From positions 704,001 through 768,000 of the forward strand of contig OZ271918.1 in the NCBI GenBank assembly GCA_965602015.1: a stretch of DNA of 64,000 nt, read 5' to 3'. The DNA comes from Salinispira sp. (GTDB taxonomy: Bacteria > Spirochaetota > Spirochaetia > DSM-27196 > Salinispiraceae). The translations under genes and the position numbers were made by a program. Within the stretch, counting starts at the first letter, position 1. Every line of letters starts with the position of its first letter. Positions 44,433 to 54,544 of the stretch are shown here, one piece after another. The notes under the pieces are model-generated. The model ran no database searches and was not told the DNA's origin. It was given only the letters and a program-made list of their open reading frames with translations.

Positions 44433-45905
44433 ATGTCGGTCCTAAGTGTATTTGATCTGTTTATTCCCGGCGGCGGAGAGGGCGATGCCCGGCTGTTTGT
44501 TCTGCTGCGCAGCGCCCGGTGTTTCGGCGCCCTGTCCCGGAAATTCCTTGATGAAAAGTCCGACACCCATATCGACGCCCTGTCGGTTTTGGTTTATGTA
44601 ACCGGCGGTGTGGCATCGGCCGCGGGTCATGACCGGGTCCTCGAGCAGATCCGCCGCGGGCTGGAAGATAGCCGTCGTACAGACAGTTCTGTCTTTTCCC
44701 CGGATATCACCGTCAATTTCCGCCCGTCGGGGGTTGGCGAGAGCTATCCAAAGTCAATTGAGTACCGCCTGGTTGCCGACAGCAGGGAGCACGGGGAACG
44801 GCTGCTGATGTCCCGAAAATGGTTTGCTGTGGGGGGCGCTTTGCTGGTCGATGAAGCCGGAGAGCTGCTTTACCATGAGCCGATTGAGGATGACTCATCG
44901 CTTCCTTCCCGCCTCAAACCTCCGAAGCCTTTCGAGAGCCTTTCCGCCCTCGCTGAATATCTTCAGGATTCGCCGGGCATTGTGCCCCTGGCCTATCAGA
45001 ACGAAAGCGCAGTTCACGGCGAGCCGGGAATCCACTACCGCATTTCAGCCCTCTGTGATCTAGTTGAGGCGGATATTGAGCTGACGCTGCATAGCGGATC
45101 TTTAACTGAAGCGTCAGGCGGGCAGCCAAACCCGCCGCCGGCCGAATCGCCGGGTGAGCCTTCAGCCGCGCCGAAAACCGCGTCGTCCACCGTTTCTCTG
45201 GCCGCATCTCCAGGCGAAGCGACCGGCGAGCCTTCACCCGCGCAGAATACCGCTCCGGCCGCATCGCCAGGCGAAACGACCGGCCGGGATATCCTTTCCT
45301 TCCACAATCACCGGGTGCGCAGGCAAGGGAACAAGCACAGCATTATCCTTGCCCCGGGAAGCTGGTCTTCCTCGGTGATGTACCCGGTTCTATTTTTTTG
45401 CTGGCGGGACGGGCTCCTGGGGCCGGATCGGCGGAATAGCAGAGAGCATCAGCTCAGGCGCTTCGTGCTGGCCGCCGGAGCCGTGGGAATGGCCCTCGGC
45501 AAGGGGCAACTTCACAGCCATGTGCGCTGGGGCTGCACCGCCGAGTTGGGCATAGCCGCCGCAATGGCAGCCGCCGGGCTGGCGGCAATTTATGAGCTTT
45601 CTGATGCCAAGGTGCTGGCGGCGGTGCGGATGGCCTTGGCGCCTCACATCGGCCTCCCCTGCAGCTCCCGCGATGTAATCAACCCCTGCTCTGACCGGGC
45701 GGCGCAGGCAGCACTGGGCGCAATCGACTCGGTCAGTATTGTTCGGGAAAGCGACGATCCCGATCTGTCCTCACTGGAAAAGCAGGTATCCCTGCTGGAA
45801 TACAGTCTCAGGAGAATCAGACACGCAGCCGAGGATATGCGCGGCCGGATACGGGGCAACGGGGAAGCCGGCGACGGCGATGAATGGGGTGTTCCTGCCT
45901 GCTGA
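44433..45905 (+). CDS. Degenerate Fe-S L-serine dehydratase (SdaA)-like protein
   Basis: Colinear SdaA-like segments: SVFDLF, WFAVGGALLVDE, PFES, LAYQNE, AAGAVG, GCTAELGIAAAMAAAGLA, HIGLPC and PCSDR. The GPSSSH motif is absent. Confidence 0.75.
   Translation: MSVLSVFDLFIPGGGEGDARLFVLLRSARCFGALSRKFLDEKSDTHIDALSVLVYVTGGVASAAGHDRVLEQIRRGLEDSRRTDSSVFSPDITVNFRPSGVGESYPKSIEYRLVADSREHGERLLMSRKWFAVGGALLVDEAGELLYHEPIEDDSSLPSRLKPPKPFESLSALAEYLQDSPGIVPLAYQNESAVHGEPGIHYRISALCDLVEADIELTLHSGSLTEASGGQPNPPPAESPGEPSAAPKTASSTVSLAASPGEATGEPSPAQNTAPAASPGETTGRDILSFHNHRVRRQGNKHSIILAPGSWSSSVMYPVLFFCWRDGLLGPDRRNSREHQLRRFVLAAGAVGMALGKGQLHSHVRWGCTAELGIAAAMAAAGLAAIYELSDAKVLAAVRMALAPHIGLPCSSRDVINPCSDRAAQAALGAIDSVSIVRESDDPDLSSLEKQVSLLEYSLRRIRHAAEDMRGRIRGNGEAGDGDEWGVPAC
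45139..45284 (+). repeat. Imperfect tandem repeats encoding a Pro/Ala/Ser/Thr linker
   Basis: GGCCGCATC(T/G)CCAGGCGAA(G/A)CGACCGGC twice and GAGCCTTCA(G/C)CCGCGC twice; peptide SPGE three times. Confidence 0.75.
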
Positions 45906-45970
45906 ATAACTGCCGCCGATTGTGGTACGGTACAATGAGCTTGCAGCAATTTGCCAAACCTGGAGGATAT

Positions 45971-46348
45971 ATGAGTGATTATCAGCAATCCGGCGGAAGT
46001 CTGGACTGGAAATGGGTGTTTATCAGCATGGGGATTTATTTTGTCGCCCAGATAGTTGTGTCTCTGGTTTTCGGTGTTTTTACCGTTCTTACCTTCGGCC
46101 TCGGCTTTATTCTGTTCCTCGTTCTCAAGCCGGTTACGTATTTTATCGGAGGCTATATTACAGGACGTCTGAGTCCGGGGATTACCATACGCGAGCCGGC
46201 AATCGGCGCCGCTGCAGCATCTGTGGCCGGTGCGCTGTTCGACTCTTCACGGGTAATAGGTCCCCGCATCGTTGGGGTAATAATCGCGGCCTTGATTGCC
46301 TACTTCACGGCGCTCATCGGCGCCAGAATCGGTGAGGGAGGCGAATAG
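45971..46348 (+). CDS. Small 4-TM membrane protein
   Basis: GGAGG RBS; four hydrophobic segments; abuts rph. Confidence 0.75.
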   Translation: MSDYQQSGGSLDWKWVFISMGIYFVAQIVVSLVFGVFTVLTFGLGFILFLVLKPVTYFIGGYITGRLSPGITIREPAIGAAAASVAGALFDSSRVIGPRIVGVIIAALIAYFTALIGARIGEGGE

Positions 46349-47053
46349 GTGAGGCCGGTAAGGATAACAAGGAATTACCTTCAGGCGCCGGCGGGTTCCT
46401 GTCTGGTGGAATTCGGCAACACCAAGGTCATCTGCAGCGCAACCCTGGAAGACAGCGTGCCGCCCTTTCTCAGGGGCAGCGGCAGCGGATGGGTGACCGC
46501 CGAGTATGCCATGCTCCCGGGAAGCACCGGGGGCGGCCGCAAGCGGAGGGAAATCGGCAAACGGGACGGCCGTTCGGTGGAAATCCAGCGTCTCATCGGA
46601 CGCTCGCTTCGGGCCGCCGCCGATATGAACGCCATGGGCGAGGCGAGCATCATTGTGGATTGCGATGTCATCCAGGCCGACGGCGGCACCCGAACTGCGG
46701 CGATTACCGGAGGCTGGGTTGCTCTTGTGGACGCCCTTGCGGTGCACGCCGAGGCTTCCTCAAAGGACCTTGCGGATATGCTCATCGGTCAGCTCGCGGC
46801 GGTCAGCGTGGGATTAATCGACGGCGAGGTTTACTGTGACCTTGATTATGCTCTGGACAGCCGGGCGGAAGTCGACATGAATGTGGTTATGCGCGGCGAT
46901 GAGCTGGTTGAAGTACAGGGAACCGGGGAACGCAATACCTTCAGCCGGAGTCAGCTCAATGAACTGCTGGACAGCGCTACTGAGGGAATTAAAGAACTGT
47001 ATCAGGTGCAGCGAGATGCCCTGGGGGACCTGCTTCCGGAGGACATACAATGA
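46349..47053 (+). CDS. rph: Ribonuclease PH
   Basis: [31 protein letters not shown] and EVQGTGE. Confidence 0.95.
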   Translation: MRPVRITRNYLQAPAGSCLVEFGNTKVICSATLEDSVPPFLRGSGSGWVTAEYAMLPGSTGGGRKRREIGKRDGRSVEIQRLIGRSLRAAADMNAMGEASIIVDCDVIQADGGTRTAAITGGWVALVDALAVHAEASSKDLADMLIGQLAAVSVGLIDGEVYCDLDYALDSRAEVDMNVVMRGDELVEVQGTGERNTFSRSQLNELLDSATEGIKELYQVQRDALGDLLPEDIQ

Positions 47054-47475
47054 CCGCAAGGGAACGGGAGGAAGGTATAGAACTGGCCCCGGACTTCGAA
47101 AAACGGGGGGGCATTCTGCCCTGCGTTGTGCAGGATGCAAAATCCGGGGATATCCTTATGCTCGGCTATGTCAATCAACAAGCCCTGGAAAAAAGCATCA
47201 GCAGCCGGAAGGCGACCTTTTACAGCACCTCCCGCAATTGCCTGTGGACCAAGGGCGAAACCTCCGGGGACTTTCTCGAGATTAAGGATATCCTCGTGGA
47301 TTGCGACCAGGACTCATTGCTGTACCGGGTCGAAGTGCTGGGGGACGGGGTCTGTCATACCTACAGATCCGACGGCAGGCACCGTCATAGCTGTTTTTAC
47401 CGGAAAATTGCCCTCAATGAGGACGGCGGGCAGGCGGAGAATCTTGAGTTCACCGGGCAGCCTGACCAGCGATGA
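47050..47475 (+). CDS. hisI: Phosphoribosyl-AMP cyclohydrolase
   Basis: [14 protein letters not shown] and CHT...SCF. Confidence 0.93.
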   Translation: MTAREREEGIELAPDFEKRGGILPCVVQDAKSGDILMLGYVNQQALEKSISSRKATFYSTSRNCLWTKGETSGDFLEIKDILVDCDQDSLLYRVEVLGDGVCHTYRSDGRHRHSCFYRKIALNEDGGQAENLEFTGQPDQR

Positions 47476-47476
47476 G

Positions 47477-48667
47477 TCAAAGAGGAGGTTGCCAGCCCCG
47501 GGTGAAAAGCGGTCCCAGGGGATCCTTCCACCGGGGGTTTTTGCTCGACATGTCCTCAAGATAGTAGGGCCGTTTCAGCGGTTCGCCCTCGGGCTCCATC
47601 ATCATGTGGATATAGTTCGATATCCATCGGGCGATTCTCAGCACCACCATTTTATGGCGCAATCGACCCTGCATGTCCCGGTTTAGAATTTGCGGGATGG
47701 TGCTGGTGGTGACGATCTCGTCGATGACCGGGCTGTTGAGTTTGATCCGCCCCTCCTGACTCGAGTAAAAATGGGTAACCACAAACACGATTCGCTCGGC
47801 TCCCGCTTCCCGCAACTTGGTGCAGGCCTTGACGATGGTTCCGCCGGTGCGGACCATGTCGTCGATGACCACCACATGTTTACCCCTGACGTCGTCAAAG
47901 CTGAGGTCCGATTCGGGATTTAATTCAATGCTTATTTGCCGTTCACCGCTTCGTTCTTTTTCGAGGATTAGCAGAGGTACCGAACTGTCCTCGAAATGAC
48001 CGTGAACCTCCCTGACGAATGCGGCGGCGCCTTTGTCCGGAGCGCACAGCACCAGTTTTTCCTGATCGACAATGTCCGATTCCTGGATATAGTTCGCAAA
48101 TACGTCGCTTGGCTGCAAGTTATGGAAATGCCCTGAAAAACGCTCCATAAAGAGCCGTTTCACGGAGTTCGAGTGATTGTGAATCGTGATGACCTCGTCT
48201 ACTCCGGATTCCTTGAGCAGATCGGCATAGAGCCTGCTGGAAAACGGCTGACCGTCGAACTTTTTGAAGTCCTTATCACCCCGATCAAAATCGACAAACC
48301 CGTGCTCCGGCCTGGGCCCCCGGTCCTGAGCGCTGTAAAACAGATCGGGTTCAAGCAGGATAACCCGTGCCGCCCCGTTATCCTTCGCCGCCCGGGCAAT
48401 GAGGAAATTCCTCATTGCGAGTTCGTCCCGGGCATGGATGGTCTGGGTTGTAGAGACGATAAGCACCGTCCGGTCTTTTAACTTGTTTCCGATCTCATCC
48501 CAGCTCTGTTCATCGACAATAAATCGTGGACAGAATTCGCTGTTGAGAAAGCTTTTCAGGGAAATCAGGTCGGAATAATGGGTGCTTTGGCCCATATGCT
48601 GGGCGATATCCGCGACGAAGGGATTGTCGGCAATGCTGCCGACGATGATGGGCTGCTGTAGGCTCAT
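47477..48667 (-). CDS. prs: Ribose-phosphate pyrophosphokinase (long variant)
   Basis: YSAQDR, CAPDKGA and VIDDMVRTGGT. Confidence 0.88.
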   Translation of the reverse strand: MSLQQPIIVGSIADNPFVADIAQHMGQSTHYSDLISLKSFLNSEFCPRFIVDEQSWDEIGNKLKDRTVLIVSTTQTIHARDELAMRNFLIARAAKDNGAARVILLEPDLFYSAQDRGPRPEHGFVDFDRGDKDFKKFDGQPFSSRLYADLLKESGVDEVITIHNHSNSVKRLFMERFSGHFHNLQPSDVFANYIQESDIVDQEKLVLCAPDKGAAAFVREVHGHFEDSSVPLLILEKERSGERQISIELNPESDLSFDDVRGKHVVVIDDMVRTGGTIVKACTKLREAGAERIVFVVTHFYSSQEGRIKLNSPVIDEIVTTSTIPQILNRDMQGRLRHKMVVLRIARWISNYIHMMMEPEGEPLKRPYYLEDMSSKNPRWKDPLGPLFTRGWQPPL

Positions 48668-48856
48668 GTGAATTGTATAGTAGATATCGCCTGTTTGTTC
48701 AAGCAAGCCGGGTTTCCGGCGCTCTTCGTTGAGAACCGAGGGCAATTTTTGTATACTTACCCTAGTAGGTCAGCACGATCCGTTGGCAGCACAACAGAGA
48801 AGCCGGACGGGGTCTCCGGAAGCCTTGCCTCAGCTGCCGCCTCCGGGGAAAAGCGC

Positions 48857-49168
48857 ATGAAGGAGAACTCCAAAATGGATTCCATCATTATCGAGGTAGA
48901 TCCGGTGATCAAACCATTTGCCGGGAAATACCTCGGCGATACCCGTGACCTGCTGCCCCGGCTTCGGGAGCTTTACCGGTCAGCAGATGCGGATACCCTC
49001 CGGGAACTGGCTCACCGTTTAAAAGGCGAGGGCGGGACCTACGGATTTGACGAACTGTCCCGCCTGGGACGGGAACTGGAGTTGGTCTGCCAACCGTCGC
49101 GCTTGAGCGAGGTCCCCGCCATCCTCGACGCCATGCAGGACTATCTCGAAAGGGTAGTGATAACCTGA
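48857..49168 (+). CDS. Stand-alone Hpt domain protein
   Basis: Phosphoacceptor motif AHRLKGEGGTYG; start 48857 or 48875. Confidence 0.85.
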   Translation: MKENSKMDSIIIEVDPVIKPFAGKYLGDTRDLLPRLRELYRSADADTLRELAHRLKGEGGTYGFDELSRLGRELELVCQPSRLSEVPAILDAMQDYLERVVIT

Positions 49169-49262
49169 TTGTGGTTCTTTCACCGCAAAAATACCCCACT
49201 TGCCACAGGGCTGCCTGCGGGGTAAGCTGGCCACATCTCATAATAGTTGCGGAGCTCAAGCC

Positions 49263-50921
49263 ATGAACAAGCAATCACCGGACAAATTCAAAGACCTGGT
49301 AATCTACCAGATTTATACCCGCAGCTTCAAAGATTCCAACGGCGACGGCATCGGTGATTTTAACGGAGTCATTGAGAAACTCGACTATCTGCAGTGGCTT
49401 GGCATCGATGTTGTGTGGCTGAGCCCATTTTGCGATTCGCCAAATGTGGACAACGGATATGATGTGTCGGATTACCGGAACGTCATGGGCGAGTTCGGCA
49501 CCCTCGAAGATTTGGACAGGCTCATAGAGGAAGCCCATCGCCGGGATATTCTGGTGATGATGGACCTGGTGATGAACCACAGCTCGAACCAGCATCCCTG
49601 GTTTCGCCAGCGCCCGGAATACTATTACTGGACCGATACCCCCAATAACTGGGACAGCTATTTCCACAACAGCGCCTGGACCTTCGACAAAGAGCGCGGG
49701 CAATACTACCTTCACCTTTTCTACCCTGAACAGCCCGACCTTAACTGGGAGAATCCCGAACTGCGCAGCGAGATGCATGATATCGCCAGGTTTTGGATTG
49801 AACGGGGCATCGACGCGTTCCGTATGGATGCCATCCATCACATCGGGAAACCAGAGGGCCTTCCCGATGCCCCTGAGAATAACCAGGAATGGCATTTTAA
49901 GAACTTCAAAAACACTCCCCGAACGCATCAGTATCTTCGGGAGCTTTACGATAAGGTCCTTGCGGGTACCCGGGTCTTCACCGTCGGCGAGACCGGCGGT
50001 ACCACGCCGAAAACCTCCCGGCTCTACGTAGACCGCAGCCGCCGGGAACTGGATATGATCTTTCTGTTCGATCATATCTGGAAGATGAACGACGATTTGA
50101 GAAATATCGGGCGGTTTATGAAGCCCCTGTATCGCCACCTCAGTCCCGAGGGCTGGAACAGCCTGTTTTTCGGCAATCACGATTTCGCCCGGCAACTAAC
50201 GATTTTCGGCGACGAAGCGTACCGAAGGGAATCCGCCACCGCCATCGCCACCCTGCTTCTTACCCTCTGGGGCACGCCCTTTATCTACCAGGGCGAGGAA
50301 ATCGGCATGACCAATGCCAATTTCCCCTCCATAGATGATTACGACTGCAAGGCCGCCAAACGGCATTACTTTGCGGCGCTGGAACGGGGAGTAGACAAGG
50401 ACCTGGCCTTCAAAGAGTTCAGCCGCCGCACCAGGGACAATTCCCGGACGCCGATGCAGTGGAACTCCGGCGGTGGCGCGGGGTTTTCCGACGCCAGACC
50501 CTGGCTCAAAATCAACGCAAATTATCCCCAGGTAAACGTGGAATCCCAGCGCGGAGTGCCCGGAAGCATTCTCGAACATTACCGCTATCTGCTCACATTG
50601 AGAAAGCATGCTGAAGTGCTGCGCCGCGGCGATCTTCGTTTCATCAGTTCCACCAGACGGCGTCCAGAGGTCCTGGTGTATCGACGGAGTATAAGAGGGG
50701 GAGCAACTGCGCTGATTGTGGCAAACCCCGCGTCTCAGTACGCAGTGCTTCGGCTGCCGGCCAGATACCGGAAAGGGTATTACCCGGTATACCGCAACCT
50801 GGATACGAGCCTGCTGGGCGATTCCCCTCTGGGCGACAGCAAAAACGCCGGTCCGGATTCACAGCCCGAAGCCTCCATGAGCCTTGCGCCTTGGGAGACC
50901 AGGGTGTATTTCAGAGCCTGA
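49263..50921 (+). CDS. GH13 alpha-glucosidase / oligo-1,6-glucosidase
   Basis: DSNGDGIGD, DNGYD, DLVMNH, QPDLN, FRMDA, VGE, NHD and YQGEEIGM. Confidence 0.93.
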   Translation: MNKQSPDKFKDLVIYQIYTRSFKDSNGDGIGDFNGVIEKLDYLQWLGIDVVWLSPFCDSPNVDNGYDVSDYRNVMGEFGTLEDLDRLIEEAHRRDILVMMDLVMNHSSNQHPWFRQRPEYYYWTDTPNNWDSYFHNSAWTFDKERGQYYLHLFYPEQPDLNWENPELRSEMHDIARFWIERGIDAFRMDAIHHIGKPEGLPDAPENNQEWHFKNFKNTPRTHQYLRELYDKVLAGTRVFTVGETGGTTPKTSRLYVDRSRRELDMIFLFDHIWKMNDDLRNIGRFMKPLYRHLSPEGWNSLFFGNHDFARQLTIFGDEAYRRESATAIATLLLTLWGTPFIYQGEEIGMTNANFPSIDDYDCKAAKRHYFAALERGVDKDLAFKEFSRRTRDNSRTPMQWNSGGGAGFSDARPWLKINANYPQVNVESQRGVPGSILEHYRYLLTLRKHAEVLRRGDLRFISSTRRRPEVLVYRRSIRGGATALIVANPASQYAVLRLPARYRKGYYPVYRNLDTSLLGDSPLGDSKNAGPDSQPEASMSLAPWETRVYFRA

Positions 50922-52559
50922 TCAGGTATCCAGCTCTTCAAGGACCCGGAGAACTTCGGGAAGCACCTGTTTTTTCCGCGAGAGAATTTTCGGCAGGTCA
51001 AAACGGCGGGGTCCGATTTCCGTATATATGAGTTTGTCGCTTCCCTCACGGAAGGCGCTGCTGACCAGGATGCTGTGCTGTTTAATGACATCGGTAATGA
51101 GCAACAGCGTCCAGTTGAGATTTTTTTCTCCGGCCACCGAATCCAGGGCCGAGGCGAAGGCCTCGGTAAGTTCGGAAGCCTCCTCCAGACTGATGACTTC
51201 CACCTGACCGATGCCCACCGAACGGTCAAACTGCTCATAGGTTTTGAAGTCCGCCAGGACGATTTCCCGGGGATCGCGCTCCTTCAGCGCCTTGAGCTGA
51301 CTGAACATCTCCACCGCATACTCTTCGATTTTCAAACCGGATAGCATGGACAGTTCATTCAGAGCCTTTTCATCCTCTACTGTTGTGGTCGGCGATTTGA
51401 GATTCACCGTATCCGAAATAATTCCCGACTGTAGCAGAATGGCGATATGTCTGGGGATTTCCTCGAAATGCATTCTGAAGTGCTGATACACAATGGTGGA
51501 AGATGATCCTACGGGTTTGCTTGCTATGTAGATCGGGGTATTCGTTTTTTCCGCCCCGAAGCGGTGATGATCGATTATTTCAACCACCTTGGCCTCCCGG
51601 GCTCCGGGCACCGACTGGTGAATTTCATTGTGATCCACCATTATCAGTTCCTTAACCGGCTTTTCGATGAATCGCCGTCGGGTAACGATGCCCATGAATT
51701 CTTCGCCGTCGAAAACCGGCAGTCCCCGATAGTCCGAAGACATAAGCTGCTGTTTCACCTCTTCAAAGCTCTGGCTCCGCTGAACCCTGGGCTGCGAGGT
51801 GTTGGCGATGGTGCTTACGGGCACTGACAGGCGAAGCAGCCGAATGCTTTCGGCGCTGTCGGTGCGGGACATGTAGACAAAGCCGCGGTAGCTGGAAAAG
51901 TCCGTATCCAGTTCATCGGCGGACTCAAGGCCGGTAATAATAATCGCCGGAAGCTGGTTCTCCACCGCGTGGGATAGAATTTTTCGGCGGTTGCCGACCA
52001 CCAGCACGGGTTTTTTTTCCAGTCCCTTCATTCTCTTGAGGTAAATATCGAATGGCATGGCGCCGGTCATGATCGGGGCGTCAATTTCCTCGTTCTCGCC
52101 CCGGTGGATAAATTCGCCGGGCAGAACCTGAGGAATATTGGCCATGGAAAAATGATACATGGGCCGGCCGGTGGTGCTTTGGCGCACCAGGTAGGCAGAA
52201 ACCTCGTTAATGGAAACCGTGCCGGTAAAACCGTCGAAATCCAGGATGGGGAGGAAACTGATATTGCGGGTATACAATAGTTCCAGGGCATCGAGGATGG
52301 GCGCATTTGCCGGCAGGGAAGTGTAATCCATGCGGGTGACATCACCGACGGTGGGAATCAGCTGCTTGTACAAAACAGGGAGGGCGGTTCCCGCTTTGGC
52401 GAAGGCCGCCTTGGTCTGATCATTGACAGATCCGCAGCGGATGGAGATGTATTTATTGTCAGGATCTATCTGGTTTTTTAAAAATGCGTATGCATAGCTT
52501 GCCACTGTACAGTCCATATCGGGGTTGATATGGCCGGTGACGTAAACGGTTCGACTCAT
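50922..52559 (-). CDS. ppaC: Mn-dependent family II inorganic pyrophosphatase with CBS-DRTGG insert
   Basis: GHINPDMD, VDHNE, IIDHH, SDT...SPTTT and SRKKQV; CBS/DRTGG-like middle region. Confidence 0.9.
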   Translation of the reverse strand: MSRTVYVTGHINPDMDCTVASYAYAFLKNQIDPDNKYISIRCGSVNDQTKAAFAKAGTALPVLYKQLIPTVGDVTRMDYTSLPANAPILDALELLYTRNISFLPILDFDGFTGTVSINEVSAYLVRQSTTGRPMYHFSMANIPQVLPGEFIHRGENEEIDAPIMTGAMPFDIYLKRMKGLEKKPVLVVGNRRKILSHAVENQLPAIIITGLESADELDTDFSSYRGFVYMSRTDSAESIRLLRLSVPVSTIANTSQPRVQRSQSFEEVKQQLMSSDYRGLPVFDGEEFMGIVTRRRFIEKPVKELIMVDHNEIHQSVPGAREAKVVEIIDHHRFGAEKTNTPIYIASKPVGSSSTIVYQHFRMHFEEIPRHIAILLQSGIISDTVNLKSPTTTVEDEKALNELSMLSGLKIEEYAVEMFSQLKALKERDPREIVLADFKTYEQFDRSVGIGQVEVISLEEASELTEAFASALDSVAGEKNLNWTLLLITDVIKQHSILVSSAFREGSDKLIYTEIGPRRFDLPKILSRKKQVLPEVLRVLEELDT

Positions 52560-52591
52560 GGGCTGGAGAATATACCGAGGACCGGCCTTTA

Positions 52592-54040
52592 TCAAGCCGG
52601 GAAGAATGCCGAGTGAACCGCACGCAGCGCGGACTCGACCTGTTCCCGCCTCACCACGAAATATGTGGCCGCCGCGCTGGCCCCGATTGAGAGCATTTTT
52701 GCATGGAGGCCGTACCGGCTGAGAGCCAGAATGAGGGTCTCGGCGATTTCCTCGCATTCTTCGAGTCCTTCTCCCACCAGGGCGACGATGGCGTATTCAT
52801 CCAGGGTCTCGAGGCGGGCCACCGTAGCCAGGGAGAGGGCCGAGATGCATTCCCGTGCAGCGTCGAGATCTCCCCGGGAGAGGAAGAGGTTGATGGAAGT
52901 CTGGGTGGTAATTACTGATTTAATATTGATTCCGGAGGCTGCCAGTTCGGCGCTTGCCCTGCCGAGAATCCCGGCTTTTGAACCGACTCCCGATCCGCTG
53001 AGCCTGAGTATGCCGAAGTCCTCGGTGTGGGTTACGGATTTTACCCGGTGGGTCACTGCCCGGCCGCTTCCGTCGGTGAGTGGACTGTGGGATGCCTCGA
53101 TTCGGGAAACCGGAGCGATGCCCCGCACGTGCCGGTGAATGTTGAGAATTCGCAAAGGTATACCCTGTTCCCGAAGGGGTTCCACCGTCCGGGGGTGGAG
53201 AATACGGGCGCCGAAATAGGAAAGTTCTGCGGCCTCCCGGTAACTGAGTACCTCCAAAGGCCGGGGCGAGTCGACGAGTCCGGGGTCGCCGGACATAAAG
53301 CCTTCGACATCCTTCCAAATATCCAGAGATTCGGCGCTAATGCAGCGGGCTATGGCTGCCGCCGAATAATCGCTTCCACCGCGTCCCAGCAGCGTCACCT
53401 CGCCCTGCCGGGACACGCCGTAAAAACCGGGGACTACGTACACCGCGTCTCGCTTCAGGGCCTTTTCCAGCGCCGGAACCGATGCCTCAAAATCCACCGT
53501 TGCGTTGCGGGCTTCGCCGTCGGTTATCAGCCCGATGTTCTCCGGGAGGGCTTCGCCGGCGTCAAACCCGCTGTCTTTGAGAATTGCGGCAACCAGCGCG
53601 GAAGACAGCCGTTCGCCATAGCTCAGAACCCGGTCATAGATCCGCTCGGGAATTTCCGACAGATAATGCACCCCGAGAAGCAGCCGGCTCAACTCCTCAA
53701 GGCGTTGGGAGATGGTAGCGCTGATCTCTTTTTTTATCTCCGGGCTTGAGATATGCCCATCGATAACACCGCGCTTGTACTCTCGTATTTCGCCGATATT
53801 ATTCGCCGCGTCGGTATCGCTGCTCAGGGCCTGGTCCAGAAGGGCGATGAGCCGGTTGGTGATGCCGTAAAATGCAGAAACGACCACGACCACCGGGCGA
53901 TTATAGCTGCGGAGAACCGAGACCAGGCGGCCCATATCCTCCGGCTTGCGAAGGTTGGAACCGCCGAATTTCACCACGATTTTGGCCTGTGTTTGCCCAT
54001 TGTCCTCTGGCCGGTCAGCCTGCCTGTCGGATTGCTTCAC
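52592..54040 (-). CDS. Aspartate kinase with ACT domains
   Basis: VKFGGS, VVSA, SYGERLS, LGRGGSDYSA and EAAELSYFGARILHP. Confidence 0.93.
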   Translation of the reverse strand: MKQSDRQADRPEDNGQTQAKIVVKFGGSNLRKPEDMGRLVSVLRSYNRPVVVVVSAFYGITNRLIALLDQALSSDTDAANNIGEIREYKRGVIDGHISSPEIKKEISATISQRLEELSRLLLGVHYLSEIPERIYDRVLSYGERLSSALVAAILKDSGFDAGEALPENIGLITDGEARNATVDFEASVPALEKALKRDAVYVVPGFYGVSRQGEVTLLGRGGSDYSAAAIARCISAESLDIWKDVEGFMSGDPGLVDSPRPLEVLSYREAAELSYFGARILHPRTVEPLREQGIPLRILNIHRHVRGIAPVSRIEASHSPLTDGSGRAVTHRVKSVTHTEDFGILRLSGSGVGSKAGILGRASAELAASGINIKSVITTQTSINLFLSRGDLDAARECISALSLATVARLETLDEYAIVALVGEGLEECEEIAETLILALSRYGLHAKMLSIGASAAATYFVVRREQVESALRAVHSAFFPA

Positions 54041-54465
54041 AGGATGGCCCAGAAAAACCAGGCGTAGGCCGCGCCGAGAACAAGGCCGCTGACGATTTCG
54101 GCAATTGAGTGGCCGACCATTTCAGAATGGTTTTCCAACTGTCCCTGCTGCTCAGCAGTGAAAAACGTTTTCATGCGGTTGAGCGCGATGGCATGATTTT
54201 GCACAAACCCCCGAAGTCGCAAGGCATCGTACATGACGATGAGGGCGAATACCAGGCTCACCGAAAACCATGGGCCCGATGTTCCGTATTCCAGCGCGAT
54301 GAAGGCCGTCAAGGATGATACAAATGCCGAGTGAGCGCTGGGCATGCCGCCGGTTGTGACCAGATACTTTGGGCTGAGCTTTTTATCGCGGATAGAATAA
54401 ATAATAAACTTAAACGCCTGGCTGACCAGCTGTACGCTGACCGCTACAAGAAACGCAACGGGCAT
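54037..54465 (-). CDS. Divergent PAP2 family (DUF212) membrane protein
   Basis: GGMPSAHSA, IVMYDA and GHSIAEI. Confidence 0.88.
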   Translation of the reverse strand: MPVAFLVAVSVQLVSQAFKFIIYSIRDKKLSPKYLVTTGGMPSAHSAFVSSLTAFIALEYGTSGPWFSVSLVFALIVMYDALRLRGFVQNHAIALNRMKTFFTAEQQGQLENHSEMVGHSIAEIVSGLVLGAAYAWFFWAIL

Positions 54466-54544
54466 GATTCCTCCACAGAACTCTGATGTGCCATTGTATC
54501 GGCTCAGCTCCGGACCTGTCCAGTTTCCGCCCGCAGGGCGGTGG

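Noticed and set aside
48770..48850. GC-rich stems upstream of the Hpt gene as a possible riboswitch
   Set aside because: No recognisable riboswitch consensus; such stems are common at this GC content.
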